From the NCBI GenBank assembly GCA_964019425.1, contig OZ025788.1:124001-188000 (forward strand): DNA of 64,000 nt, given 5' to 3'. Numbering within the stretch: position 1 is the first letter of the stretch; each line of letters starts with the position of its first letter. A program made the translations under genes and the position numbers. The notes beneath the pieces were generated by a model that saw only the letters and a program-made list of their open reading frames with translations, was not told the DNA's origin and made no database searches. This DNA comes from Flectonema sp. DT1601. Taxonomy: Eukaryota. Of this stretch, positions 9,766 through 22,500 are shown in pieces.

Positions 9766-11934
9766 GTGGATCGGAACTGATGAGATAGATAGTAGTAATT
9801 TTTTTTTAATTAAAAAAAAAAAAGTAAATTATTTAACCTCACTATTGTTGTTAATGCTGCTTAACTCAGTCCCGTTAGAGTAACCATGTAGATCCTGAAA
9901 GGGAGAGGGAATAAAAAAAAATAATTTTAAAAAAAAAATGAATTCGTGGTAGTTTTAATAAATAAAAAAAACTATGAGCAAGACAAGAGAGGTGCAGTCT
10001 CACACAGAGCAATATTCCCTTGATATCCAAACAAAGGGAACCGCTGTGGTAAGAAGCTCAGTGAGAGGGAAATGATGTCCTGCACAAAATACTGTTTTCT
10101 GGAGTAGGATTTTGAAAACAAGATTTTTCTTTTTTTTCTTTTTCTTTTTTTTATTGTTTTTTTTTTTTTTTTGCGCATGGATACATTGGCTATATACCTA
10201 ACTCTGTTAAGCCACAGGGAGCCAAGAGAAGTTCGTTGTCAAACTTCCAATTTTCTTTTTTTTTTTTTTTTTTTTTTTTTTTTGGGAGGGGGTAGTCACA
10301 CAATATAACTTTATCACATCAAAGACCAAACACAGAAATCGGAAGATAGGAAAAAAAAAAAAAAAAAAGGTCATCCGCCAAACTCTGCCATTTTTACTCT
10401 TTGAAAGGGAAGCAAATTGTCACCTCCAATATCGGACAGCCTAAAGACTAATATCCACCTCATTACATTGACTACAAGTTGTTTTCTAATTTGTGTTTCA
10501 ATGATGAGGTTTTCTTAGAAGAATAAAAGAAAAGAGGGTGAAAAGAAGCAAGCAACCATTTTTTTTTTTTTGATACGAAAAAAAAAATTGCCGATTAAAT
10601 AACGAAAAAAAAAAAAAAAGAAAGAAAAAAATTGATTCGATTTTTATTTACTTTTTTTTTTTTTTTTTTTTTAATTTTTTTTTCTTTAAAAAAATCCCCT
10701 CAGAGATAGATAGCTCTAGGAAGTCCAATGCACTCAATATTTACTTCAGATACAGTAAAACTAAGCATTGATCCAATCTTGTCGGACAATTCATGTACAG
10801 CGAGACCATTAATTAAAGGGAACGGGAAGATATCTTGACTTTGGCAACTCGTTTTCCTTGAACAGTTACAGCTTCCAATATTCTTGTTGAGAGATTTTTT
10901 TTCGTGAACTGCTTTTTTTTTTTTTTTTTTTTTTTTTCCTTCTCTTGATTTTTGTTAGTAGGGGTTCTACCAACTTTTTTTTTTTTCTATTTTTTTTTCG
11001 AAAAAAAAAAACCTTAACACGAATGAGAAAAATATTTTTTTTTTTTTTTTCTGTTGTCCTTTTTTTTTTTTTCTTTTGTTTTTTTTCTTGGGAGAAACTT
11101 CACAACCTGAGACAATGTTAATGTTATGCTATTTTTTTATTTGTACGCAACAACCGAATCCTGTTACGCTTACACAATTCTCTTTCGCTTGTAAAAGTAT
11201 ATGTGAAACAATGATACACATAATTAACCACCAAAACTTGCATGAATAAAGAAAAACGGGGGGAAAAAAAAAACAACGCGAAGCATTACTTTCAATCGGC
11301 AACCTGATTTTGTCTTTGAGCCGGGAATTCAGACGCGAAATGGGAGATGGGGAAAAAGGGGGTGTAGTTTGAAAAAAAAAAAAAAAAAGCACCCGATAAT
11401 CTGTTATGATTTTTTTTTTTTTTTTTTTCTTTTTCATTTCTCCTCATTTTTCTAACAGCGGTCCTGTATCTGATCTGAAGCCAACGATCCATTGCTGCAG
11501 ATCACAGTGCAGCAAAAACTGCGTTAGATCGAATGTGTTCTCAACCTCCTTCCGAGGGCGGGAACACAGATCCTAATTTTATTTTTTTTTAAAAAAAGAC
11601 CTTTGTCTGAAGGTAAGTATCCTAAAGAAGTTACGCCTGCCATCCTTTTTTTTTTTTTTTTTTTAAAGTTTTTTTTTTTTTTTTCCCCCTTTTCAGTTTA
11701 GTCTCTCCGATATAACAGTATTAAGTCATTGTCAGACTGGAGACAGAAAAAGAAGAAGGGGAAACAAAAAAAAAAAAAAAAAAAAAAAGAGGGCGGGAAT
11801 GTCCCCCCGCAGTAACTAATCTTTTTTTATCACGCTGCACAATAAAAAAAAAAATGTGCACAAAAAAAAAAAAAATAAATAAATAAATAAATCGGGTAAA
11901 AGGTTTTATCTTCATGCAGCTTTAAAATTTCAAA

Positions 11935-11974
<40 letters not shown>

Positions 11975-13666
11975 ATAACTGTATTGTATTGTGAAATTGT
12001 GTTATAAAATAAAAAAAGTAAAAACATAAATAAAACGAAAACTATATACATGTTCTGATGTTTCAGTCAACCCACCTGAATTGATTTTTTTTTTCCTTTT
12101 TTTTTCTCTTCCTTTTCCCTTCCCTATTTGAAAAAGCAATGAAGAAGAAAACCGAATGTAAATAATGTCACCTCAGCCCCGTCATTAGCAAGTTCCTAAC
12201 CACCAAGATAGCAAGGGACTCAACAAGAAATCGCTTAGTCAGCCTGATCAAACGGAACCAAAGGAAAGGAAAAAATAAGTATAATCACAAATAAAAAGGT
12301 TAGCCTGCAAGAATTTTCGGAGGTTCTTTATCTGGACACGGGCATTTCTCAAATTGAATCTGAGGTCCCCGTTAGGCACTCAGGCATCACTGGTATTTTT
12401 CTTCACACAAAAAAAAAAAAAAAAATAAATAAATAAAATTTTTTAAAAAAAAAATTGATGTGAAAACAGTGTGTTTATTTTTTATGCTATTTTTTTTTTT
12501 TTAATTTTTTTTTTTAAAACTTTACCTTTTTTTTTTGTTTTCTGAAAATCACATCACATTGAACAAAAATAAATTAAAAATAAATTCAAAAATTCATAAT
12601 AATAATGAGTAAAAGTAAGTTCGGCATTTTCTTTTTTTTACACAGCCGAAACAGCACTGATTTCTTTTTTTTTTTTTTAAAGCAATTCTTGTGCACAACG
12701 ATTCCAATACAGAAATCTATATACGAGGTACTACCTTTTCCAGTCGTTCAGTTGGCGACTGCTGTTCGTTTAAAGAGCTGGATACAATTTAAAAAAAATG
12801 AAAATAAAGGGACGATGAGGAAGAAAACCGACAGTAGGCCTGTTGTTGTTGTTTTTTTTTTTTTTTGTTTTTTTGTTTTTTTTTCAAAAAGAGGTTGGGA
12901 AACTTATGACCCGCAAATCAATCGGCTCAATGTCTTCTTTACTCCCCTAGTAGCTTTAAAACATGTATCGACCAACGGTTTGTCTGTGTCTTCGACAAAG
13001 GGAAGGAGGGGTGGGGAGGGTGGTGAAAAATTCATTCTGATGATTTTAAAAAAATTGTTGGGAGTAATGTCACCGTTGCCAAGTCGTTCACCAACTAACC
13101 GACAGCAATGACTGTGCAACGCCTCATCAGTAAAAAGCAATGCAAAGAGAAATTCAAAGGATGGGAAATGTGTAGCTCATAGCACCCACGAGGAATGTGA
13201 TTCGGAAGAGGGATTTGTTTTTTTTTTTTTTTTTTTTTTTTTTTCTTTTCTTTTTTTTTTCTTGACCGGCATAAGAGATGGTTAACACACTCAAGTGAAA
13301 CCTAAAAAATAAAATCCCCTGATAATATAAGGTAAACACAAGGAGATTCAACTGAAAAAAGTTTCAAACTCAGCTCCACAGCTAAGTCGTATTTTTTTTT
13401 TTTTACCATCAGTTAGTTACTAAGCTTCCCAACGTGTCCACGCTTTAGGCCTGTTTCGTTTAACTTTTCGTTTCCTTCATAAAAATTCAACTTCCAGCTT
13501 TGACGAAACAATTTCTTTTGCTAAGGACCAAATCCGACCCGGCGTTAAATAAATTTTTAAAAAAAATAAAAATAAAAGTTTTTTTGGGGGAAAAATAGAG
13601 AAATCTGTGTTGTTTTTATTTTTTTTTTTGTTCCTTTTTTTTTTTGCTGTGTTGTAGTTAAGATAC

Positions 13667-16410
13667 CTACATGTTCCATCCAGCAACTGGATGGACTATG
13701 ACGAGGTAAATAGTAGCAATAAAGATCGATACAACCATCACCGGCATACCAAACTTCATGAACTGTACAAAAGTGATTTCATTACCGTATGCTTGCTTTG
13801 CGATACCTACAGTCACAACGTTGGCTGATGCTCCAATCAAGGTACCGTTTCCTCCAAGACAAGTTCCAAAGGCAAGAGCAAAAACCAACGGCTTAAGTGA
13901 CAGACCAGTACTTTCAGCTACGTTAACAATCACAGGAACCATCGCGGTGGTGTATGGAATGTTGTCAATGAATGCCGAGGCGAATGCTGAAACCCAAACT
14001 AAGACAATAATTGCGACGACCATTTGCTCAGTCTCACCAGATACAGAATTGATCATATCACTGATCTTATCTCCTAAGAACTCAATGAGTCCAAGTTCTG
14101 TAAGAGCCTCCATCAATACGAATAGAGCAGCGAAGAACAATAACGTTCCCCATTCAACGTGGCTTAGAACGTGTTGTTCTGGCTGATCAATTCCTGAAAC
14201 GATTAGGGCTACGATAGCTCCAAGGATACCAATCCATGCAAGGTCGAGTTGAATGTCGTGAACTCCAGAGTGAATAAAAAAGAATAAAACAACAACAGTT
14301 AATACAGTTCCAATAGCGTAAAACATCGATTGGTAAACAATCTTGTATTGCTCTTCCATTCTGCGAACGACGGCATCAAATCCTTCATCAACCTGGGCCA
14401 TGGTTTGCTCTAACTGAACAGCTCCGGCAATCTCTGAAACTCTGATTTCGGATTCTAATTTCTGTACGTTGTCAATCCTGTTTGTTTATTGTTGATTGAA
14501 AATAAAAATAATTACGCATTCTATTCCTGACAATACATACAAAATTCTCTTAAGCAAATCATTGTTAACGTTGTGCTTGTAGTGGTCAACCTTAACAGCA
14601 ACGTGGAAGGCAGCAACACTTACGGCGTCCTTCTGTTCTGAGAGCTGTGTTGGTTTAGGTGTTGTTTTGTTTTGTTCAAAAAGAAAAAAAAAAAAAAAAA
14701 GTCTCACATGAGAGTATTTTTACATAAAAATATAAAAATCAATACCTCGATCATATTCCATCTAGGGTGGTTGCGGTAGTACGTGTAACGGGCTTGTTCA
14801 GCTACAGACATTCCTCTAACAACATCTCCACTGGCAGCAGATGGAGCAAGTCCCTGATGAAATGAACTTCTAAGATCATTAGCTAATGGACCAGCAGTCT
14901 TTTCAGTGTTTTCAGTTGGGGTTAGCTCTTCTTCTGGCTTGTTGCATGAAGCAAGAAAGTCCTTCAAACGCCACTTGATAAATGGGACCATAGCAAAGGC
15001 AATCATCACTGATCCGATCATCATGTGAAGAGTGAACTCTGCGAACTCAATTCCTCTGCTGGAAATAGCTCTGTCGTTAACAATAATAATATTTGGAGGG
15101 TCACCAATAGCTGTGGCTGCTCCTCCAATGTTGGAGAACATAACCTCAGACAACAACAACATAGTTGGATCAATTTTCAAGATGACACAAAGTCTGCAAG
15201 TTACTGGAGTCAATAACAACATAGTAGTAACGTTATCAAGGAACGCTGATGTTACTGCAGTGAAGGCGCATAGGATGAGGGTTAGTGTCCAAATGTCTCC
15301 TTCAGACCATTTGTAAGCCTTAACAGCGCAGTATTCAAAAACACCAGTTAAAGAGAATATTCTAACCATAACCATCATACCGAATAAGAGTAAAACAGTT
15401 TCGAAATCGATCCAGTTGATTACCGTTTCGAGATTTGGACGTTCCTTGACAACACCCAAAACAGTAAGAGCGACAAAGGAACCAATCATGGCAGCTAAAG
15501 TTCTGTCAACAAGCTCAAACACAATGAGGGTGTACACGAACATCAACACCAAACCAGCAAACACAACTCTGTTTTCAGCAATCGTGTGCATCTGAACAAC
15601 GTGAACCGCAAAAGCAACAATTGACGGGTTGTTACTACGAACAGCTAATCTCGCGTAGAGTATCTCATCATTGGATCCTCTCAGTTCCATCTTCTCATCC
15701 TGCGCATCATGAGTATCCATCGAAATAATAAATGTTCTGTTTGCTTGATTCAAACCAATAGTATGTCCTGGAAACCAGTTTGTTCCATTCTCAGTTTCAG
15801 AAAATTGCAATTCAGCAAAGAACTCAGTACGTGGAGAGACTTTATTAGGGAACGAAGTCAATACTTCATCAGGTCCGAACCAAAAATTAAGCTCAATAAT
15901 ATCGTTTGGATGTCCCTTTCCGAGAGGAAGGTAACCAACAGACGTGTTCGAGCAGGCAAGAAGGTGAGCATTCACAGGGTATTCAGCTCCCTCGATTTCT
16001 GCAGGAGTGGTCGATGCCCATACACCGATGCAGAAGATCATGATGATCGTTAGTATGATCACAAGAACAATGTGGAAAGTAGTCCACTCCCAATGAACAC
16101 TTTTTTCGTCGAGCCACTCTTCGTTGGATGACTCGTCAGAGTCGGATTCCTCTTCGGAGTCTTCACTCTCTCTGTCAGGCTCATTTTCGAATGCAACTTT
16201 CACAGGCTCTGAGAACACTGGTGATGAACCTGAACCTTCTCTTGTTGGCTTCGAAATAACCTTCCCTTCCTGAAGTTCTGTTTCCCATCCGGCAGCTTCT
16301 TTTCTTACTTTTCCATTCTCCCTAATCTGATAGGTCGGTGAGAATTCATTCTCCTTCACAGTCATCTCACTCAGGTCGTAGACCTTCGCACCTTCATCAT
16401 CGCCTGCCAT
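13667..16410 (-). CDS. OCA2/P-protein-like ArsB/NhaD-family permease; exons 16410-14746, 14644-14541, 14477-13667 (859 aa)
   Basis: Motifs SAFLDNVTTMLL, SNIGGAATAIGDPPN, SAFIDNIPYT, LGGNGTLIGASAN. Two GT-AG introns join the track ORFs in frame (MIE|LSEQ...KRIL|IDNVQ). Confidence 0.93.
14478..14540 (-). other. GT-AG intron 2 of the P-like gene (63 nt)
   Basis: tt|GTATGT...aaacaaacAG|gatt restores the frame into the C-terminal ORF. Confidence 0.85.
14645..14745 (-). other. GT-AG intron 1 of the P-like gene (101 nt)
   Basis: gag|GTATTG...accaacacAG|ctc restores the frame. Confidence 0.85.
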
Positions 16411-16561
16411 TATTATTAACAGTGACTACCTAGAATTCTATTGAAGATAAGATTTAATTTTGAATAGAATAGAAAGTATATTTTTGAAGAAAAAAAAATA
16501 GATACAAAAAAAACGAGAAGAATACAAAAAAAACAAAAACCAGTACAACACAATGCAACAT

Positions 16562-19500
16562 CTATTTAAGAGACCATTTTGGTGATGCCTGTCCATAAGA
16601 CGGGCATTGCACTACTTTAGAAGGAGCTCTAAAACTAGGGCCGCCTCTGATAGATCCAGACGATCCCCCAGGTTGTAAAGTATGAATAGCTTTACTCTTA
16701 GAAACAGTTCGTTTTTTGCGACCCGGGATTGGAGTAGTTGGAATGGTTTCAACACGAGGAGAAAGATCAAACCTAACAGTAGATGGCGGAGATCCAGAAA
16801 GTTCATTTGCAACACCTCGCAATACCGTTGCCATTTCATGAAGTCTTCCATTTGAGGGCGACTGACTCCTGTTTCTTAACACAGAAGTGTTGTGTCGTTT
16901 TTCACAAAGTAATTCCTCCTCAAGCTCACCAGTACGAAGCTTAACCTGAATTAATTCATTCGAAATACGAACCACGTTAACAGCTGCCAGTTCACAGTGA
17001 GATATGACTTCTCTTGACAACGACTCGTGAATAGTATCACACAATGCTGAGTTTAATTTCTTTGCTGATATGATGGCGCTTCCGACTCCTAATTCCACCT
17101 TATCCGCCCAGGAAGAAGTTTCACTGCTCGGAAGGCAAAATCTAATGCTGTTTTTTAATGATGTGATTTCTTTTTTACAAGACTGAAGTACCTTAGACCC
17201 TGCCAACCAACTACAATAATATTTTAATAACAAAAGCCTTGAAGGGGGATGGCGTTCAGTAGTTGCAAGAGTGATATTTTTCCATTTATAAAAGAATACA
17301 AGTAAACATTGCTTTGAAGCATTCTCACTGAGCAGAGAAACAGTCGCTTCTCGTTGTTTTCGTTGTTGAATAACATGTGACTTCTTAAGTGAATTTATAA
17401 CACGATTACCAACAGTGTGATCTGGTATTGGTTTCAGAAAGTTAGTCCACTTTGTGAAGAATACCCTTAGCAAGAAAGCAGCAGATGACACCGTGAGGTC
17501 CTTAACTTTGCGATGTTGGTGAAGTACGTTTTTCCGAAGCATGTCAAAATATTTTTTTCGTATTCCAAAAACAACACACGTTAGAACAAGAGACGGTGCC
17601 TTGGAATTATACCGCGACCGTAATATGAGAATCTGTTTGGCAAGTTTGGACTCAGAGGCTGGTTGAGATCGTTGAATAGATTTCGTCGGTTTTTTTGACA
17701 TTTTCGCTCTTCTTCGTTTACCAACCCAGTTCAACCACTTTAGTAAAAACCAAATAATCGTTAATCCATTTCGATTGTGAAGACACAATGATATCGATCG
17801 CTGGAGTTGCTGTTTTTGTTTTGACGCTTTTTTACCGACAGTTATGAGGCTGTGTCTGACTCTGGTGAGGTCTTTTTCAGCATCTGCAATCTCATCTTGC
17901 AGGCTGTTGTTTTGCTGTTCAAGTACATTATTGTCATTGAGGGAATCTTCTAAGTTATGTATTGTTAGCTTTAGTTGATTATTTTCATCTCTCAACGATG
18001 CGTCAGTTCCAGACTTTAGGACTTGAACTTCCTCTGTGAGAGTTTCTATTTCCTGGTATAGCACTTCCTTGTCGGAGTCTTGTTTCAACTCTGATATTTC
18101 ATTCTTGAGAACTTCGATCTGACTAAGTAGTGTGTCTCTGTCTGGGTCATCTTGTGGTGACGTGTTAATTTCCGACTTTAGGACTTGAACTTCCTCTGTG
18201 AGAGTTTCTATTTCCTGGTATAGCACTTCCTTATCGGAGTCTTGCTTCTTCAACTCTGATATTTCATTCCTGAGAACCTCCATCTGATTAAGTAGGGTGT
18301 CCCTGTCTGGGTCTGAATTCTGACTGTCCTCCTGTTGTTGGATCTCTAATTCACGTTGAAGGTTTGTCACCTCATTTTGTAATTCTTCAATAATTAATTT
18401 GGTATTCACATCTTGTGGTGACGTGTTAGTTTCTGACTTTAGGATTTGAACTTCTTCTGTGAGTGTTTCTATTTCTTGGAATAGCATTTCCTTGTCAGAG
18501 TCGCCTAATTTGTCGATCAGAGAGTTCCTGTCGTTTAGTTGTTTTTGAAGCACCGCAATCTCAGATTGTAGTTCGCTGTTTTCTTGAGATTGTAGACCGT
18601 CGGAACGGAGTTCGTCGATTTGGTTTGTTAACAATTGGTTTTGAGTGATGTGGTCATCAATAAGTTTTTCTGTTTTCTGTAATTCACTTACTTGCGTTGT
18701 TAGTGAATGAGTTCGAGTATCACTCTCTTTGAGTTGAGTTTTCAAATTCTCATTTTCACATTTCAATTCCTCCACCACCGTAGTCAGTTGATTAATTGTT
18801 TTATCAGGTGCGGCCATCTTACTTTTCAACATCATTAACTGTTCTCGCAATTGTTTTCTGAGAGCAGCTTCCCCATCAGGAGTATTGTCAGAGATCTCAA
18901 CTGCCAGTCTCTCGTTTTCTGTTTGTAGTTCCGTAACATTAGTTGTCAGATTGGTAACGTGTTCCTCCAAATCTTTTATTTGAGATCGCAGTTCGGACAT
19001 CAGGTGGGAATCCTCTCCAGTCGGTGGATCGCTTTCAGTATTCTGAGCAGCGTCGTCCTCCAATTCTTTTATTTTAGAACGCAACTCCGACAGAAGATCC
19101 GAATCCTCTCCCGCCAGCGTGTCGTTCTCAGACTGCAAGTTGTTGATTTGCTGCTGAAGTTGCTCGCGTTCAGTTTCGTAGGACTCGACTTTGTCGACGA
19201 GTTCAGCATTCTGAACAGTATCAGCCTCCAGTTCTTTTATCTTGGAACGCAACTCCGACAGAAGATCCGCATCCTCTCCCGCTAGCGTGTCGTTCTCAGA
19301 CTGCAAGTTGTTGATTTGCTGCTGAAGTTGCCCACGTTCAGTTTCGTAGGACTCAACCTTGTCGACGAGTTCAGCATTCTGAGCCACGTGTTCCTCCAAA
19401 TCTTTTATTTGAGATCGCAGTTCCGACATCAGGTGGGAATCCTCTCCAGTCGGTGGATCGCTTTCAGTTTTCTGAGCAGCGTCGTCCTCCAATTCTTTTA

Positions 19501-22500
19501 TTTTAGAACGCAACTCCGACAGAAGATCCGAATCCTCTCCCGCCAGCGTGTCGTTCTCAGACTGCAAGTTGTTGATTTGCTGCTGAAGTTGCTCACGTTC
19601 AGTTTCGTAGGACTCGACTTTGTCGACGAGTTCAGCATTCTGAACAGTATCAGCCTCCAGTTCTTTTATCTTGGAACGCAACTCCGACAGAAGATCCGCA
19701 TCCTCTCCCGCTAGCGTGTCGTTCTCAGACTGCAAGTTGTTGATTTGCTGCTGAAGTTGCTCGCGTTCAGTTTCGTAGGACTCGACTTTGTCGACGAGTT
19801 CAGCATTCTGAACAGTATCAGCCTCCAGTTCTTTTATCTTGGAACGCAACTCCGACAGAAGATCCGCATCCTCTCCCGCTAGCGTGTCGTTCTCAGACTG
19901 CAAGTTGTTGATTTGCTGCTGAAGTTGCTCGCGTTCAGTTTCGTAGGACTCGACTTTGTCGACGAGTTCAGCATTCTGAACAGTATCAGCCTCCAGTTCT
20001 TTTATCTTGGAACGCAACTCCGACAGAAGATCCGCATCCTCTCCCGCTAGCGTGTCGTTCTCAGACTGCAAGTTGTTGATTTGCTGCTGAAGTTGCCCAC
20101 GTTCAGTTTCGTAGGACTCAACCTTGTCGACGAGTTCAGCATTCTGAACAGTATCAGCCTCCAGTTCTTTTATCTTGGAACGCAACTCCGACAGAAGATC
20201 CGCATCCTCTCCCGCCAGCGTGTCGTTCTCAGACTGCAAGTTGTTGATTTGCTGCTGAAGTTGCTCGCGTTCAGTTTCGTAGGACTCGACTTTGTCGACG
20301 AGTTCAGCATTCTGAACAGTATCAGCCTCCAGTTCTTTTATCTTGGAACGCAACTCCGACAGAAGATCCGCATCCTCTCCCGCTAGCGTGTCGTTCTCAG
20401 ACTGCAAGTTGTTGATTTGCTGCTGAAGTTGCCCACGTTCAGTTTCGTAGGACTCAACCTTGTCGACGAGTTCAGCATTCTGAACAGTATCAGCCTCCAG
20501 TTCTTTTATCTTGGAACGCAACTCCGACAGAAGATCCGCATCCTCTCCCGCTAGCGTGTCGTTCTCAGACTGCAAGTTGTTGATTTGCTGCTGAAGTTGC
20601 TCGCGTTCAGTTTCGTAGGACTCGACTTTGTCGACGAGTTCAGCATTCTGAACAGTATCAGCCTCCAGTTCTTTTATCTTGGAACGCAACTCCGACAGAA
20701 GATCCGCATCCTCTCCCGCTAGCGTGTCGTTCTCAGACTGCAAGTTGTTGATTTGCTGCTGAAGTTGCCCACGTTCAGTTTCGTAGGACTCGACTTTGTC
20801 GACGAGTTCAGCATTCTGAACAGTATCAGCCTCCAGTTCTTTTATCTTGGAACGCAACTCCGACAGAAGATCCGAATCCTCTCCCGCCAGCGTGTCGTTC
20901 TCAGACTGCAAGTTGTTGATTTGCTGCTGAAGTTGCCCACGTTCAGTTTCGTAGGACTCAACCTTGTCGACGAGTTCAGCATTCTGAGCCACGTGTTCCT
21001 CCAAATCTTTTATTTGAGATCGCAGTTCGGACATCAGGTGGGAATCCTCTCCAGTCGGTGGATCGCTTTCAGTATTCTGAGCAGCGTCGTCCTCCAATTC
21101 TTTTATTTTAGAACGCAACTCCGACAGAAGATCCGAATCCTCTCCCGCCAGCGTGTCGTTCTCAGACTGCAAGTTGTTGATTTGCTGCTGAAGTTGCTCA
21201 CGTTCAGTTTCGTAGGACTCGACTTTGTCGACGAGTTCAGCATTCTGAACAGTATCAGCCTCCAATTCTTTTATCTTGGAACGCAATTCCGACAGAAGAT
21301 CCGCATCCTCTCCCGCTAGCGTGTCGTTCTCAGACTGCAAGTTGTTGATTTGCTGCTGAAGTTGCCCACGTTCAGTTTCGTAGGACTCAACCTTGTCGAC
21401 GAGTTCAGCATTCTGAGCCACGTGTTCCTCCAAATCTTTTATTTGAGATCGCAGTTCGGACATCAGGTGGGAATCCTCTCCAGTCGGTGGATCGCTTTCA
21501 GTTTTCTGAGCAGCGTCGTCCTCCAAGTCTTTTATTTTAGAACGCAACTCCGACAGAAGATCCGAATCCTCTCCCGCTAGCGTGTCGTTCTCAGACTGCA
21601 AGTTGTTGATTTGCTGCTGAAGTTGCTCACGTTCAGTTTCGTAGGACTCTATTTTGTCGTGAAGCTCCCCGCTCTGAGCTGCGTCGCCAGCCAGCGCATC
21701 GACTTGTTGCTGAAGTAGATCTCTGTCGAATAGTAATTCAGAGGACTCGATCTGTAATTGATCTATTCTATTTGTGTGTTCCATCCTCTCTGCTGCTGTT
21801 ATTTTAGCAACCTGTTCAGCATCTTGTTCGAGAAAAGTTATCTTAGATCTCAACTCATCGAGTGACGGCTGTTGTTCTTGTAGCTGTGGAATGGAGTCAG
21901 CAATCTCATTATTTAACTCACGGAGAGTATTAAGCTGTGTAGACATGTCTTCTATGTCGGATGTATTGTTTGTTTCCCGCAACGAGATTATTTCCAATTC
22001 GAGTTTAGATATAATTTTAATATTGTCCTCGATCATTTCCTCTAAATGTGAAATAGATTCTTCGAGTGTCCTCATTATGCCTTGAGCTGAACTATGCTCG
22101 TCTTCGAGTTTTGTTATTGTTTTCTCACGTGAGTTTGATACCCCCTCAATGACTGACAGTGACTCTGATGCTGTCAACAGCTGGGTTTTTACATCATCGA
22201 CAGTATGCTGTAGGGAATCTCTCTGTACTTCCAACAGCGTGATTTCTCTTTTCATATCGTCAAGTGATTCTCTCGTAGGTTGCTGCTGTAATTGATTTTT
22301 CAATGCATCAATCTCAGTAGATTTATTTAGTATTTTATTATTCAACTCGATGTATTCATGTGCTCTGTCAGATCCGTCTTCAGAAATTAATTTTGACTCC
22401 AACGTCGATATATTTTCTTTTAAAGTCGAGTTGTTTTCTTCTGAAACAATTAGTTTTTCAGTGGAAATTTCAATTTCTTCTGTTAGAGATTGGATGGTGT

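Noticed and set aside
9972..13686. Many short poly-K/poly-F ORFs (also at 35-36, 44-47 and 51 kb)
   Set aside because: They derive from A/T homopolymer runs in intergenic or UTR sequence.
18959..21580. Repetitive plus-strand ORFs (MLLKLPTFSF...)
   Set aside because: Antisense shadows of the coding repeat array.
18957..21660. Possible CRISPR-like array
   Set aside because: Units are contiguous, in frame and lack unique spacers; eukaryotic context with no cas genes.
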